Positions 17,245 through 25,185 of a stretch of DNA of 44,685 nt are shown in pieces; position 1 is the stretch's first letter; the number at the start of each line of letters is the position of its first letter. The stretch comes from a bacterium (GTDB lineage Bacteria > Patescibacteriota > Saccharimonadia > CAILAD01 > BJGX01). Location: NCBI GenBank assembly GCA_037132395.1, contig JBAXPC010000001.1, positions 1 through 44,685 on the forward strand, written 5' to 3'. The notes under the pieces are model-generated. The model was given only the letters and a program-made list of their open reading frames with translations. It searched no databases and was not told the origin of the DNA. The translations under genes were made by a program, and so were the position numbers.

Positions 17245-18567
17245 ATGAAAGCATTATCAAGAGTAATAATCGTTGGCCAACCCAATGTTGGCAAAAGCGT
17301 ACTGTTTAATCGTCTGACTCACAGTAATCAGGCGATTACTTCGCATGTCGCTCATACCACTCGGGACCAAAACAGGGCTGTTGTAAAGCACGACGAAGTC
17401 GCTTTTGAGTTAGTCGATAGTGCGGGATTTGCCAAAACTACTGATGAGCTAAACAAGCTGGCGATTTCGCTAATTGATAGTGCAATCAAGCAAAGCGACT
17501 TAGTGCTGTTTGTAGTAGATGGCACCAGCGAACTCAATAACAATGACCTCAAACTCTCCAAGATGGTTCTAAAGAGCAAAGTTAATACCATATTGCTCAT
17601 AAATAAACTCGACAAGAAAGAATTTATGGATGATGAAAACTACTTCCGTAAGCTTGGATTTGAAAATATCATGCGCGCCTCAGCTCAAAATGGGCAGGGT
17701 ATCAATGAGTTGCTTGGTACTATCGTAAAGGTTATACCGCGCAAAAAAGCAATCAAGATAAAAGAGTCCATCAAGGTAGCACTACTTGGTCGACCAAATG
17801 TAGGCAAGAGTGCTTTATTGAATGCACTGGCCAACGAAGATGTCGCGCTTGTGAGTGACGTGGCAGGTACCACCAGAGATGTAAACTCTGCTGAACTCAG
17901 GTATAAAGATACACTAATAGACTTATTTGATACCGCAGGACTGAGACGACGGGGTAAGATATCGGCTGGGATTGAGTTTTTTTCTACCACTAGAACCAAG
18001 TCTGCGATCGATAAAGCTGATATCTGCCTGGTGCTAGTTGATGCCATCGAGGGGCTATCAAAGCAAGACGAGCACATCATAGGCATGGTCAAAGAGGCCC
18101 AGAAAGCACTTATTGTGGTAGTTACCAAGTGGGATGCCGTTGAAGATAAAGATGAAAACCTAATGGCCTATATGGGCAACGTGATATCTGCTAACTTGCA
18201 GTATGTATGGTGGGCGCCACTAATATTTACATCTTCTAACGACAAACAAAACCTAGAGAAGCTTAAACAGCTTTTGCTGGAAGTTAATGGACGCATCAAT
18301 ACCAAGCTTGCTACCACTAAGCTTAATGAGCTTTTGCGAGAGGCCGTCAATAAGCAACCTCCAGTAACTACCAAAGGTTACCATGCAAAACTCAATTACA
18401 TTACCCAGACTGGCAATAACCCTATTGAATTTTCAATCTTTGGAACGCACCCAGATTTGATACACTTTAGCTATTCTAGGTATCTAGAAAACCAAATAAG
18501 AAAAAACTTCGAGCTAGTAGGTGTACCAATTAAATTGGTCTTCAAAAGCAAGTACAAAGAGAAATAG
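17245..18567 (+). CDS. der: Ribosome biogenesis GTPase Der (EngA)
   Basis: Two tandem GTPase domains (GQPNVGKS / DSAGF / NKLD, and GRPNVGKS / DTAGLRR / TKWD) plus a KH-like C-terminus. Confidence 0.92.
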   Translation: MKALSRVIIVGQPNVGKSVLFNRLTHSNQAITSHVAHTTRDQNRAVVKHDEVAFELVDSAGFAKTTDELNKLAISLIDSAIKQSDLVLFVVDGTSELNNNDLKLSKMVLKSKVNTILLINKLDKKEFMDDENYFRKLGFENIMRASAQNGQGINELLGTIVKVIPRKKAIKIKESIKVALLGRPNVGKSALLNALANEDVALVSDVAGTTRDVNSAELRYKDTLIDLFDTAGLRRRGKISAGIEFFSTTRTKSAIDKADICLVLVDAIEGLSKQDEHIIGMVKEAQKALIVVVTKWDAVEDKDENLMAYMGNVISANLQYVWWAPLIFTSSNDKQNLEKLKQLLLEVNGRINTKLATTKLNELLREAVNKQPPVTTKGYHAKLNYITQTGNNPIEFSIFGTHPDLIHFSYSRYLENQIRKNFELVGVPIKLVFKSKYKEK

Positions 18568-18582
18568 TTTATAATACTAGCT

Positions 18583-19134
18583 ATGAAACTCATTATAGGA
18601 CTAGGCAACCCAGGACAAGAATATCAGGAGACTAGGCACAACCTCGGCTTCATGGTTATCGATGATCTAGCAAAGAGACTCAAGGTAGCCGTTAAGTTTG
18701 ATAAAAAACTCAAGGCTGATGTCTCGATGACTATTCACGGCGAGACTATCATACTGGCCAAACCACAGACTTTTATGAACCTGAGTGGCGATAGTGTTGC
18801 CAAGATTGCACATTTTTACAAGGTAAGTCCTGCTGATATTTGGGTAGTTTCTGATGATATTGATCTAGATTTTGGGACCATCAGGACTCGAGTCGGAGGA
18901 AGCAGTGGGGGACATAACGGCTTAAAAGATATTATTGCAAAAGTTGGTGAGAATTTTACCAGATTTCGAGTAGGAATCAAAAATGAAACTTCTGCAGACC
19001 TACCTTCGGAGGCTTTTGTACTGCAAAAGTTTAACACTAGTGAGCTAGCTAAGCTCGAAGACATCACTAGTAAAGTGGCTGACATGATTATAGAATCTAT
19101 CGAAAATGGGGTTGAAGAGACCTCGGTAAAATAG
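18583..19134 (+). CDS. pth: Peptidyl-tRNA hydrolase
   Basis: MKLIIGLGNPGQEYQETRHNLGF and GGHNGLKDI. TATAAT (18570-18575) lies 7 nt upstream of the ATG, with no SD. Confidence 0.92.
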   Translation: MKLIIGLGNPGQEYQETRHNLGFMVIDDLAKRLKVAVKFDKKLKADVSMTIHGETIILAKPQTFMNLSGDSVAKIAHFYKVSPADIWVVSDDIDLDFGTIRTRVGGSSGGHNGLKDIIAKVGENFTRFRVGIKNETSADLPSEAFVLQKFNTSELAKLEDITSKVADMIIESIENGVEETSVK

Positions 19135-19214
19135 CACTCCAGCGACTTATTAATGTACTTTATACCGCTCCATGCTCGCAATAATAATTATATCTTGCTA
19201 AGGTAGATTTAATA

Positions 19215-19451
19215 AAAACAAAAATAAAAAACAGACCAGCCGTATAAACTCGAACTGATCTGTTTATTATTCCCTTTAATGCCCCCGATAACGGGATTTT
19301 GGCGACCGTCACAAAATATATAAGTAGGCCGTGGCGTTAAAGGGAGTAATCTGCTCGCGAGATCTAAAAGGAGGGTGATTTTTAGATTAAGCCCCGCAGA
19401 GCAGATTACTCCCTTGAAATATATGGGAAATATGTTGTTGTTAAAAGAACG
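19215..19451 (-). ncRNA. Candidate small structured RNA of about 235 nt; class unknown
   Basis: Bounded by the TTGACA-17-TAGTAT promoter (19486-19458) and a 9-bp hairpin (19263-19255 / 19239-19231) with a long U-rich tail. Contains no AUG. Has a 17-bp perfect helix (19340-19356 / 19399-19415) with a nested 8-bp helix (19362-19369 / 19380-19387). An alternative 13-bp helix (19271-19283 / 19333-19345) is also possible. Confidence 0.5.
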
Positions 19452-19457
19452 ATTAGT

Positions 19458-19486
19458 ATACTATCACATAAGAAGTATATTGTCAA
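19458..19486 (-). promoter_or_regulatory. Near-consensus sigma70-type promoter for the minus-strand RNA
   Basis: On the minus strand: TTGACA, 17 nt, TAGTAT, with TG one base upstream of the hexamer (TGaTAGTAT). Confidence 0.5.
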
Positions 19487-19542
19487 TACTTTTTACCACT
19501 TATGTTTATTGCTACTGAAATAATTACAGATAGAACAAGAAA

Positions 19543-20394
19543 ATGAATATACAACATATTACACATAATGACAATAGTTTCCCCAAATTACTACGCAGCA
19601 TTGCTAGTCCGCCAAAACAGCTATACGTGGCCGGATCAATACCAGACTTGCCGATGGTAGCAATTGTTGGTACCAGGAGGCCTACAGCTTATGGAAATGA
19701 GATTACCTACAGGGTAGCGAGTGAGCTAGCTAAGGCTGGCTTTTGTGTAGTTAGTGGTATGGCACTGGGCATCGATAGTATCGTCCATAAGGCAGTCCTA
19801 GAGACCGGAGGATTAACCTTGGCGGTATTGGGCTGTGGACTCGATAGGCCTTACCCTAGGAGCAATACTGGCTTATTTGAAGCTATTATTAAATCTGGTG
19901 GAGCTGTTGTCAGCGAATACCCAGAGGGTACCGAGCCACTTCGGTTTAATTTTCCAGCCCGCAATAGAATAATAGCTGGGCTGAGCATGGCTACTGTAGT
20001 AACAGAGGCCGATGCCAAATCCGGTAGCCTGATAACCGCTAATTTCGCGCTGCAGGCAAACCGTATGGTAATGGCTATTCCTGGGAATATTACTAGCCAA
20101 CGTTCGGCAGGGCCTAATAACCTCATAAAGAGTGGTGCACATCTGGTGACAGGTGCATCAGACATCCTGGCACTACTTGGCTTCCTGAGCCCTCATCTCG
20201 TTAAAGCCAAGCCTAAGGCTGATAGCAAGCAAGAGGCTATGATAATGGATTTGCTTTCGGTTGAGTCGTTGACTTCTCAGCAGCTGATCGAGGAAACTAA
20301 GATTGACGCCATAAGCCTGGCCTCTATTATGAGCCTAATGGAGATAACTGGAAAAATAAAAAACCTCGGAGCAGGCAGCTGGATACTGGCTTAA
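19543..20394 (+). CDS. dprA: DNA processing protein DprA (Smf)
   Basis: VGTRRPTAYG, SGMALGIDS, AIPGNI Rossmann-like core, and a C-terminal winged-helix region. Confidence 0.9.
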   Translation: MNIQHITHNDNSFPKLLRSIASPPKQLYVAGSIPDLPMVAIVGTRRPTAYGNEITYRVASELAKAGFCVVSGMALGIDSIVHKAVLETGGLTLAVLGCGLDRPYPRSNTGLFEAIIKSGGAVVSEYPEGTEPLRFNFPARNRIIAGLSMATVVTEADAKSGSLITANFALQANRMVMAIPGNITSQRSAGPNNLIKSGAHLVTGASDILALLGFLSPHLVKAKPKADSKQEAMIMDLLSVESLTSQQLIEETKIDAISLASIMSLMEITGKIKNLGAGSWILA

Positions 20395-20396
20395 AG

Positions 20397-20425
20397 TTGA
20401 AATTATACAAATAATGTAGTATAAT
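20397..20425 (+). promoter_or_regulatory. Near-consensus sigma70-type promoter
   Basis: TTGAAA (20397-20402), 17 nt, TATAAT (20420-20425), starting 3 nt after the dprA stop. Confidence 0.55.
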
Positions 20426-20431
20426 ATGTTT

Positions 20432-20823
20432 GCAATGTTCTTTGGAAAACTAGCAGCTTAAAGCTAAAGGAAAGCCTTTCGCCCTTATGGTCTGTCAGCC
20501 CGTTGGGTTAAAGTCAAAGACAGTTGACCTTCTGCAGACAAAGAAGCGAGCTGAATTTACGCTCCTGCTTTGACCATGATAGACTGCTTTACTGCTAGCT
20601 GAGAGTTGCTACAAAAGCATCATAGGCAAGCCTCTGCAACCAATCGCAGGGCGGAGATGTCGGTATGGTACGGGAGAATTTGCCTCTCCCACCGACTGCT
20701 TGATTGCAATTCTCGGGGAGTGTCACTCCAAAATGACTGCTGCTTATATTTTTTTTACTAGCTAAGCAGCACATCCAAAGAATAGGGGCTCGGTGGTTAA
20801 AACCACCGAGCCCCATTTTTATT
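20432..20823 (+). ncRNA. Candidate structured RNA of about 390 nt; class unknown
   Basis: Lies between the consensus promoter and a 13-bp GC-rich terminator, GGGGCTCGGTGGT-taaa-ACCACCGAGCCCC plus T5 (20785-20820). It has many nested helices, for example a tiered hairpin at 20635-20708, GGTCTGTC...GACAGTTGACC at 20489-20529, and GCTGCTTA...TAAGCAGC at 20738-20770. There is no SD-led ORF. Confidence 0.55.
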
Positions 20824-20984
20824 CAGTGCTGTCATACTTCATTAATCTACTCTACAAAATGTTGGACCGTACAGCTGAGAGGCCGGATAGATTTATAATT
20901 GGGCACTTTATTCTTTAACTTATTGCTTATGCTTATATAAAGTTCTACAATAAATTATATTATAAACATGAGGATAATATAGTA

Positions 20985-21485
20985 GTGTCTCAAGCTAAAA
21001 GTAATATCGGTGAACTAATTTCAGGACTTGTTTTGCCAGCTATGTTTGTAATGGCCTGGGTTTTGGCCCTAACTGGATCGCGAGCGCCACTGTCTGTCGG
21101 TGTTGAGACTACTGATATCAATACCATTCATTGGCTTTTGTATTTTGTAGGCTGGGTTTTCCTGTTCTCGTCTGTAATGCACTCGATATTTGCCAAGAAA
21201 ATGGCCAAAAGCATTGGCTGGGTTACGAACGGCTTTCAGTACGAAATAGCTGCCGTCAGCTTGGGCCTTGGAATAGCTTGTTTTTATGCTATTGGCGCTG
21301 GCATAGAGGCTTGTGTTGCCATCGCCCTGCCAGTAATTACTTTTTTGTTTTTCGCAGGACTCAACCACTTGTATGAAATGATTCGCGACAAAAACTATGC
21401 ACCCAATAATAGCCTGGTGCTAATCTATGACTTTGGCATGTCAATATCACTTTTCGTACTAATACTGCCTTTTATAAAAATCTAA
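20985..21485 (+). CDS. Hypothetical integral membrane protein (about 5 TM helices)
   Basis: GTG start. Hydrophobic helices run throughout. No family recognised. Confidence 0.6.
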   Translation: MSQAKSNIGELISGLVLPAMFVMAWVLALTGSRAPLSVGVETTDINTIHWLLYFVGWVFLFSSVMHSIFAKKMAKSIGWVTNGFQYEIAAVSLGLGIACFYAIGAGIEACVAIALPVITFLFFAGLNHLYEMIRDKNYAPNNSLVLIYDFGMSISLFVLILPFIKI

Positions 21486-21689
21486 AGGCTAGTAACTGCA
21501 CAAAGCTAAACTGCGGCCAGGTAATGTATGTTTATATTCTTTTTTATGGCCCTTGGTGCAATGCAATAAATAATCTTCTATTGTGCTAAGGTTTGACAAT
21601 ATCGGGTGTTGTATTATATAGTTCTTTTCCTGTGCACATTTGCATTAATAGCAATTAAACACTAGCATATTCAAGTAGCCATAAAATTC

Positions 21690-24005
21690 ATGCCTAAAAA
21701 CTTAGTAATAGTAGAATCACCTGCAAAAGCCAAAACTATCGAAAAATACCTCGGTAGTGATTTTGAAGTACTCAGCAGCATGGGACATATCCGTGCAATC
21801 GCCAAAAAAAATAAAGATGGCGGCGATGCGATTGATGTTAAGGCTGGCTTCGCTACTAGCTATGAGGTAGATCCAGATAAAAGAAAGACTATTGCGGCGC
21901 TCAAGAAAGCTGCTAGTGGTAAGGAGGTCTGGCTGGCTACCGATGAAGACCGCGAAGGAGAGGGGATTGCTTGGCACCTCTGTGAAGTCTTAAAGCTCGA
22001 CCCGTCTACTACCAAAAGAATCGTATTTCATGAAATAACCAAAGATGCTATTGAATCGGCTGTTAAAAATCCTCGAGTGCTAGATATGGATTTAGTACAA
22101 GCCCAGCAAGCCCGGCAAATACTTGATAGGATTGTAGGTTTTGAATTATCACCGGTGGTGTGGCAAAAGGTACCTGGTGGCAAATCGGCAGGAAGAGTCC
22201 AGTCGCCAGCAGTCCGCCTTCTGGTAGAGCGTGAGCGTGAGATTGATGCGTTCGAGGGTTCTAACTCATTTAAGGTGATGGTTGTATTTAATATTGACGG
22301 CGCAGACATAAAAGCCGAACTACCCAGCAAATTCGATAGCGAAAGCAAGGCTCAGGCTTTTTTAGAAAGCCTTATAGGCGCAACATTTACAATCACAGAC
22401 GTCACCACAAGCCCGAGCACTCGCAACCCTGGACCACCTTTTACAACTAGTACTTTGCAGCAAGAAGCCAATAGTCGTTTGGGTTTTAGCACCAAGGCTA
22501 CTATGTCGTCGGCACAGAAGCTCTACCAAGAAGGTAAAATAACCTACATGAGAACTGATTCTGTTAATCTTAGCAATCAGGCCTTAGGCCAAATGGAAAA
22601 ATACATTAAATCCGAGTATGGCCTGACTTATCATCAGCAAAGAGCTTTCAAAACTAAGTCGAGTAGTGCACAGGAGGCACATGAGGCGATACGCCCTACC
22701 GACTTTAGTCTTCAGGTAGCCAGCGGGGATAGCTATAATCAAAAGCTTTATGAGCTGATACGCTCTAGGGCGCTAGCTAGCCAAATGTCACCGGCTAAAC
22801 TAGAGAGAACTACCATTACTATTGATATCTCTAAAAATAATTCTGTATTGATTGCAAAAGGAGAAATAATTGTCTTTGATGGTTTTTTGAAAATCTATGG
22901 TGCTAATAAGAAAGTTGATGCTATTTTGCCAGCCGTCAAAACTGGTGACAAGCTAAACCTGAATACTGCCACTGCAAAGCAGGTATTTGCACGGCCTCCA
23001 GCTCGCTACAGCGAAGGTAGTCTGGTAAAAAAGCTCGAGGAGCTCGGCATTGGCCGACCATCTACCTATGCCACAATCATTAATACTGTCCAGCTGAGGG
23101 GGTATGCAATTAAGGGTGAAGGTGAAGGTACTCCCCGCGATGTAATAGTTTTGACTCTCAAAAATGACGAACTCAAGCGGGCTATTGAGGAAGAGAAGAC
23201 CGGCTCTGATCGAGGCAAACTTGTGCCTACACCTAGCGGAGAAGTTGTCAGTGATTTCCTAACCGGTCATTTTGACAGAATTGTTGATTATGATTTTACT
23301 GCCAAAGCCGAGCAAGAATTTGATTTAATTGCTGACGGCAAGCTAGAACGTAACAAAATGCTAGAGGACTTTTACATTCCTTTCCACGAACTAATTGAAA
23401 AATCTGGCGACATCAAAAGGAGCGAGGTGGCGCAGTCTCGTGAGATTGGTTCCGATCCCAAGACTGGTAAGCCTATACTGGCTCGCTTTGGACGTTACGG
23501 ACCAATGCTTCAAATGGGCTTGACCGAAGATGAGACCGATAAGCCCCGTTTCGCTCCAATGCCAGCAGGGGCTAAGATCGAAAATGTAACATTAGACCAA
23601 GCGCTTGAAATGTTCAAGCTACCCAGGACCGTTGGCAAAACAAAGGATGGTCAGGATATTATGGCCAATATTGGTCGTTTTGGGCCATACATTCAGGTAG
23701 ATAAATTATTTGTATCGATTAAACCGCTCGACCCTCAAACCATTACTATTGAAGAAGCCTTGGCACTATATGAAGCTAAGCTAATTCAGGAGGCCGAGAA
23801 AAATATTGCTGATTTTGGAGATGGAGTGAAGGTTTTGAACGGTCGATACGGACCATACATCACTGACGGCAAGAAGAATGCTAAAATACCGAAAGAAACA
23901 GAGCCCAAAAGCATTACGCACGAACAAGCTATTAAGATGCTGGCAGATGCACCAGCTAAGGGCAAAAGAAGCTTTAAAAAACGCCAGCCAAAGAAAAAAT
24001 CTTAA
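21690..24005 (+). CDS. topA: DNA topoisomerase I with Cys-less C-terminal repeats
   Basis: Toprim motif LVIVESPAKAKTIEKYLG and DEDREGE. Active-site region ITYMRTDS. Three C-terminal GR(Y/F)GPY-type repeats (FGRYGPMLQ, IGRFGPYIQ, NGRYGPYIT) and a Lys-rich tail. No zinc-ribbon cysteines. Confidence 0.93.
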   Translation: MPKNLVIVESPAKAKTIEKYLGSDFEVLSSMGHIRAIAKKNKDGGDAIDVKAGFATSYEVDPDKRKTIAALKKAASGKEVWLATDEDREGEGIAWHLCEVLKLDPSTTKRIVFHEITKDAIESAVKNPRVLDMDLVQAQQARQILDRIVGFELSPVVWQKVPGGKSAGRVQSPAVRLLVEREREIDAFEGSNSFKVMVVFNIDGADIKAELPSKFDSESKAQAFLESLIGATFTITDVTTSPSTRNPGPPFTTSTLQQEANSRLGFSTKATMSSAQKLYQEGKITYMRTDSVNLSNQALGQMEKYIKSEYGLTYHQQRAFKTKSSSAQEAHEAIRPTDFSLQVASGDSYNQKLYELIRSRALASQMSPAKLERTTITIDISKNNSVLIAKGEIIVFDGFLKIYGANKKVDAILPAVKTGDKLNLNTATAKQVFARPPARYSEGSLVKKLEELGIGRPSTYATIINTVQLRGYAIKGEGEGTPRDVIVLTLKNDELKRAIEEEKTGSDRGKLVPTPSGEVVSDFLTGHFDRIVDYDFTAKAEQEFDLIADGKLERNKMLEDFYIPFHELIEKSGDIKRSEVAQSREIGSDPKTGKPILARFGRYGPMLQMGLTEDETDKPRFAPMPAGAKIENVTLDQALEMFKLPRTVGKTKDGQDIMANIGRFGPYIQVDKLFVSIKPLDPQTITIEEALALYEAKLIQEAEKNIADFGDGVKVLNGRYGPYITDGKKNAKIPKETEPKSITHEQAIKMLADAPAKGKRSFKKRQPKKKS

Positions 24006-24036
24006 GCTATTTCAAAGTTCTTGCTGTACAATATAG

Positions 24037-24065
24037 TTGACCGTAAGCGAGTTCGATGTTATAAT
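24037..24065 (+). promoter_or_regulatory. Candidate promoter of the sigma-region-4/HARE-HTH gene
   Basis: TTGACC, 17 nt, TATAAT. Confidence 0.45.
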
Positions 24066-24077
24066 GTTCTTGATATG

Positions 24078-24100
24078 AAATGGCCCACGCTGGCCATTTT
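24078..24100 (+). terminator. Terminator-like hairpin downstream of topA, lying inside the next gene's leader
   Basis: AAATGGCC-N6-GGCCATTT followed by T, then GTG. Confidence 0.4.
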
Positions 24101-24119
24101 GTGAATTAATAATCTAAAT

Positions 24120-25130
24120 ATGAACGAATTTACTACCCAACAACTCAATAGTTTGGTTGACTCGGCACTCGGAACCCTTAAAAAGGATCGTGACAAGGAA
24201 GTTTTGCGACGCAGGGGTGGTATAAATACCAAATCTCAAACTCTTGAACAAATCGGCAATGAGATGAGTATTACCAGGGAAAGAGTGCGCCAAATAGAGA
24301 AGGCAGCCCTGACACGGCTGCAGGGTAAATCTGACCCCAAAGACCCCTTTGCACTAACACTGGGTGGTCTTATTGATAATAAGGGCGGACTACTAAGCCT
24401 AGAGAGCCTAGGACAGGCAGTAAAGATTGATGAAAGCCTACTGCCACATGTTATATTCTTGGTTAAAATAAATCCTGAGATTCTTTTTGTTGACCGCAAT
24501 GATCACCACACCGCAATGATTGCTGATGCTTCGAACTTTGGGACTGCTAATATTAAATCGATTCATGATGAGCTGGTGAAGACTGTTCGAGACTCTGGTA
24601 AGCCTGCAAAGTTTGCTAGTATCTACAAATTAATTGATGGTCCTCATAGTGAAGTAACTCTGCACGAAATGGCTAAGGCCTCGCGCTATCTGAGCGAGCT
24701 AGATGGTAACTGGGGTCTGACTAGTTGGCCCGAGGTTAATCCTAAAAGCATTCGAGATAAAATATACCTAGTGCTAAAAAAGACTGGCCGTCCGATACAT
24801 TTTTCAGATATTGCCGACAAAATATCGACACTTGCGGCTAATCCCAAAAAAGTTACTACCCAAGCCGTACATAATGAGCTGATCAAAGATCCTCGCTTCG
24901 TGCTTATTGGGCGGGGAATATATGCGCTATCAGAATGGGGATATCATTCTGGTACAGTAGCCGATATCATCGAGGAAATTTTAAAAGAAGAAAAAGCGCC
25001 CATGAATAAAGATGAAATTATCCGGCGCGTCCTGGCTCGTAGACAGGTTAAGACTACTACTATTGTTCTCAACCTACAGGAGAAACCACAATTCAAAAGG
25101 ATCGAAAAAGGCATATACGGGCTGGCCTAA
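24120..25130 (+). CDS. Sigma-70 region-4-like HTH protein with two HARE-HTH domains
   Basis: The N-terminal segment LEQIGNEMSITRERVRQIEKAALTRL matches sigma region 4.2. Two C-terminal HARE-HTH-like units are present: IYLVLKKTGRPIHFSDIADKI...DPRFVLIGRGIYALSEWGY and IIEEILKEEKAPMNKDEIIRRVL...FKRIEKGIYGL. Confidence 0.7.
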   Translation: MNEFTTQQLNSLVDSALGTLKKDRDKEVLRRRGGINTKSQTLEQIGNEMSITRERVRQIEKAALTRLQGKSDPKDPFALTLGGLIDNKGGLLSLESLGQAVKIDESLLPHVIFLVKINPEILFVDRNDHHTAMIADASNFGTANIKSIHDELVKTVRDSGKPAKFASIYKLIDGPHSEVTLHEMAKASRYLSELDGNWGLTSWPEVNPKSIRDKIYLVLKKTGRPIHFSDIADKISTLAANPKKVTTQAVHNELIKDPRFVLIGRGIYALSEWGYHSGTVADIIEEILKEEKAPMNKDEIIRRVLARRQVKTTTIVLNLQEKPQFKRIEKGIYGLA

Positions 25131-25185
25131 AGCTCAAGCAGTTAGCTAAAAGGGCATAAATTAAGTACAATAATAGAAACATAAT

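Noticed and set aside
19340-19415. The 17-bp perfect inverted repeat as the terminal repeats of a MITE or IS remnant.
   Set aside because: The arms are only 42 nt apart, there are no target-site duplications or transposase genes, and the repeat sits inside a promoter-to-terminator unit. An RNA helix is the simpler reading.
19375-19518. A 47-codon plus-strand ORF (GTG start, 4 nt after AGGAGG) inside the pth-dprA intergenic region.
   Set aside because: The SD and start sit in the loop and stem of the 8-bp and 17-bp helices. The peptide is low-complexity and hydrophobic with no recognisable features. The region is better explained by the minus-strand RNA gene with its own promoter and terminator.
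20432-20461. A tmRNA-like tag reading frame at the 5' end of the 390-nt RNA: GCA AUG UUC UUU GGA AAA CUA GCA GCU UAA, giving AMFFGKLAA*. It ends like an SsrA degradation tag (..LAA).
   Set aside because: No tRNA-like domain is present. There is no GGGG...UUCGAC 5' acceptor or D-like segment upstream, and no GGUUCGAnUCC T-arm or ..UCCACCA 3' end. The frame would also start at the very 5' end instead of about 80-90 nt in. I treat it as coincidence unless a covariance model says otherwise.
20595-20816. The 73-aa minus-strand ORF overlapping the 390-nt RNA region.
   Set aside because: It has no SD, it includes the terminator stem, and its composition is Cys/Gly/Ser-rich. The promoter and terminator orientation supports a plus-strand non-coding transcript.
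20432-20823. RNase P RNA, SRP RNA or 6S RNA as the identity of the ~390-nt RNA (and likewise of the RNA at 19215-19451).
   Set aside because: The nearly invariant RNase P P4 strands (GAGGAAAGUCC / ACAGAA..GGCUUA) are absent; the closest match is AAGGAAAGCC. The GGUAAGGGUGAAAGGGUG-type motif is also absent, as is the SRP domain IV GNAR loop with flanking AGG/AGCA. The ends do not pair into a 6S-like closing stem. This rejection rests on memory of consensus motifs only, so cmscan is needed.
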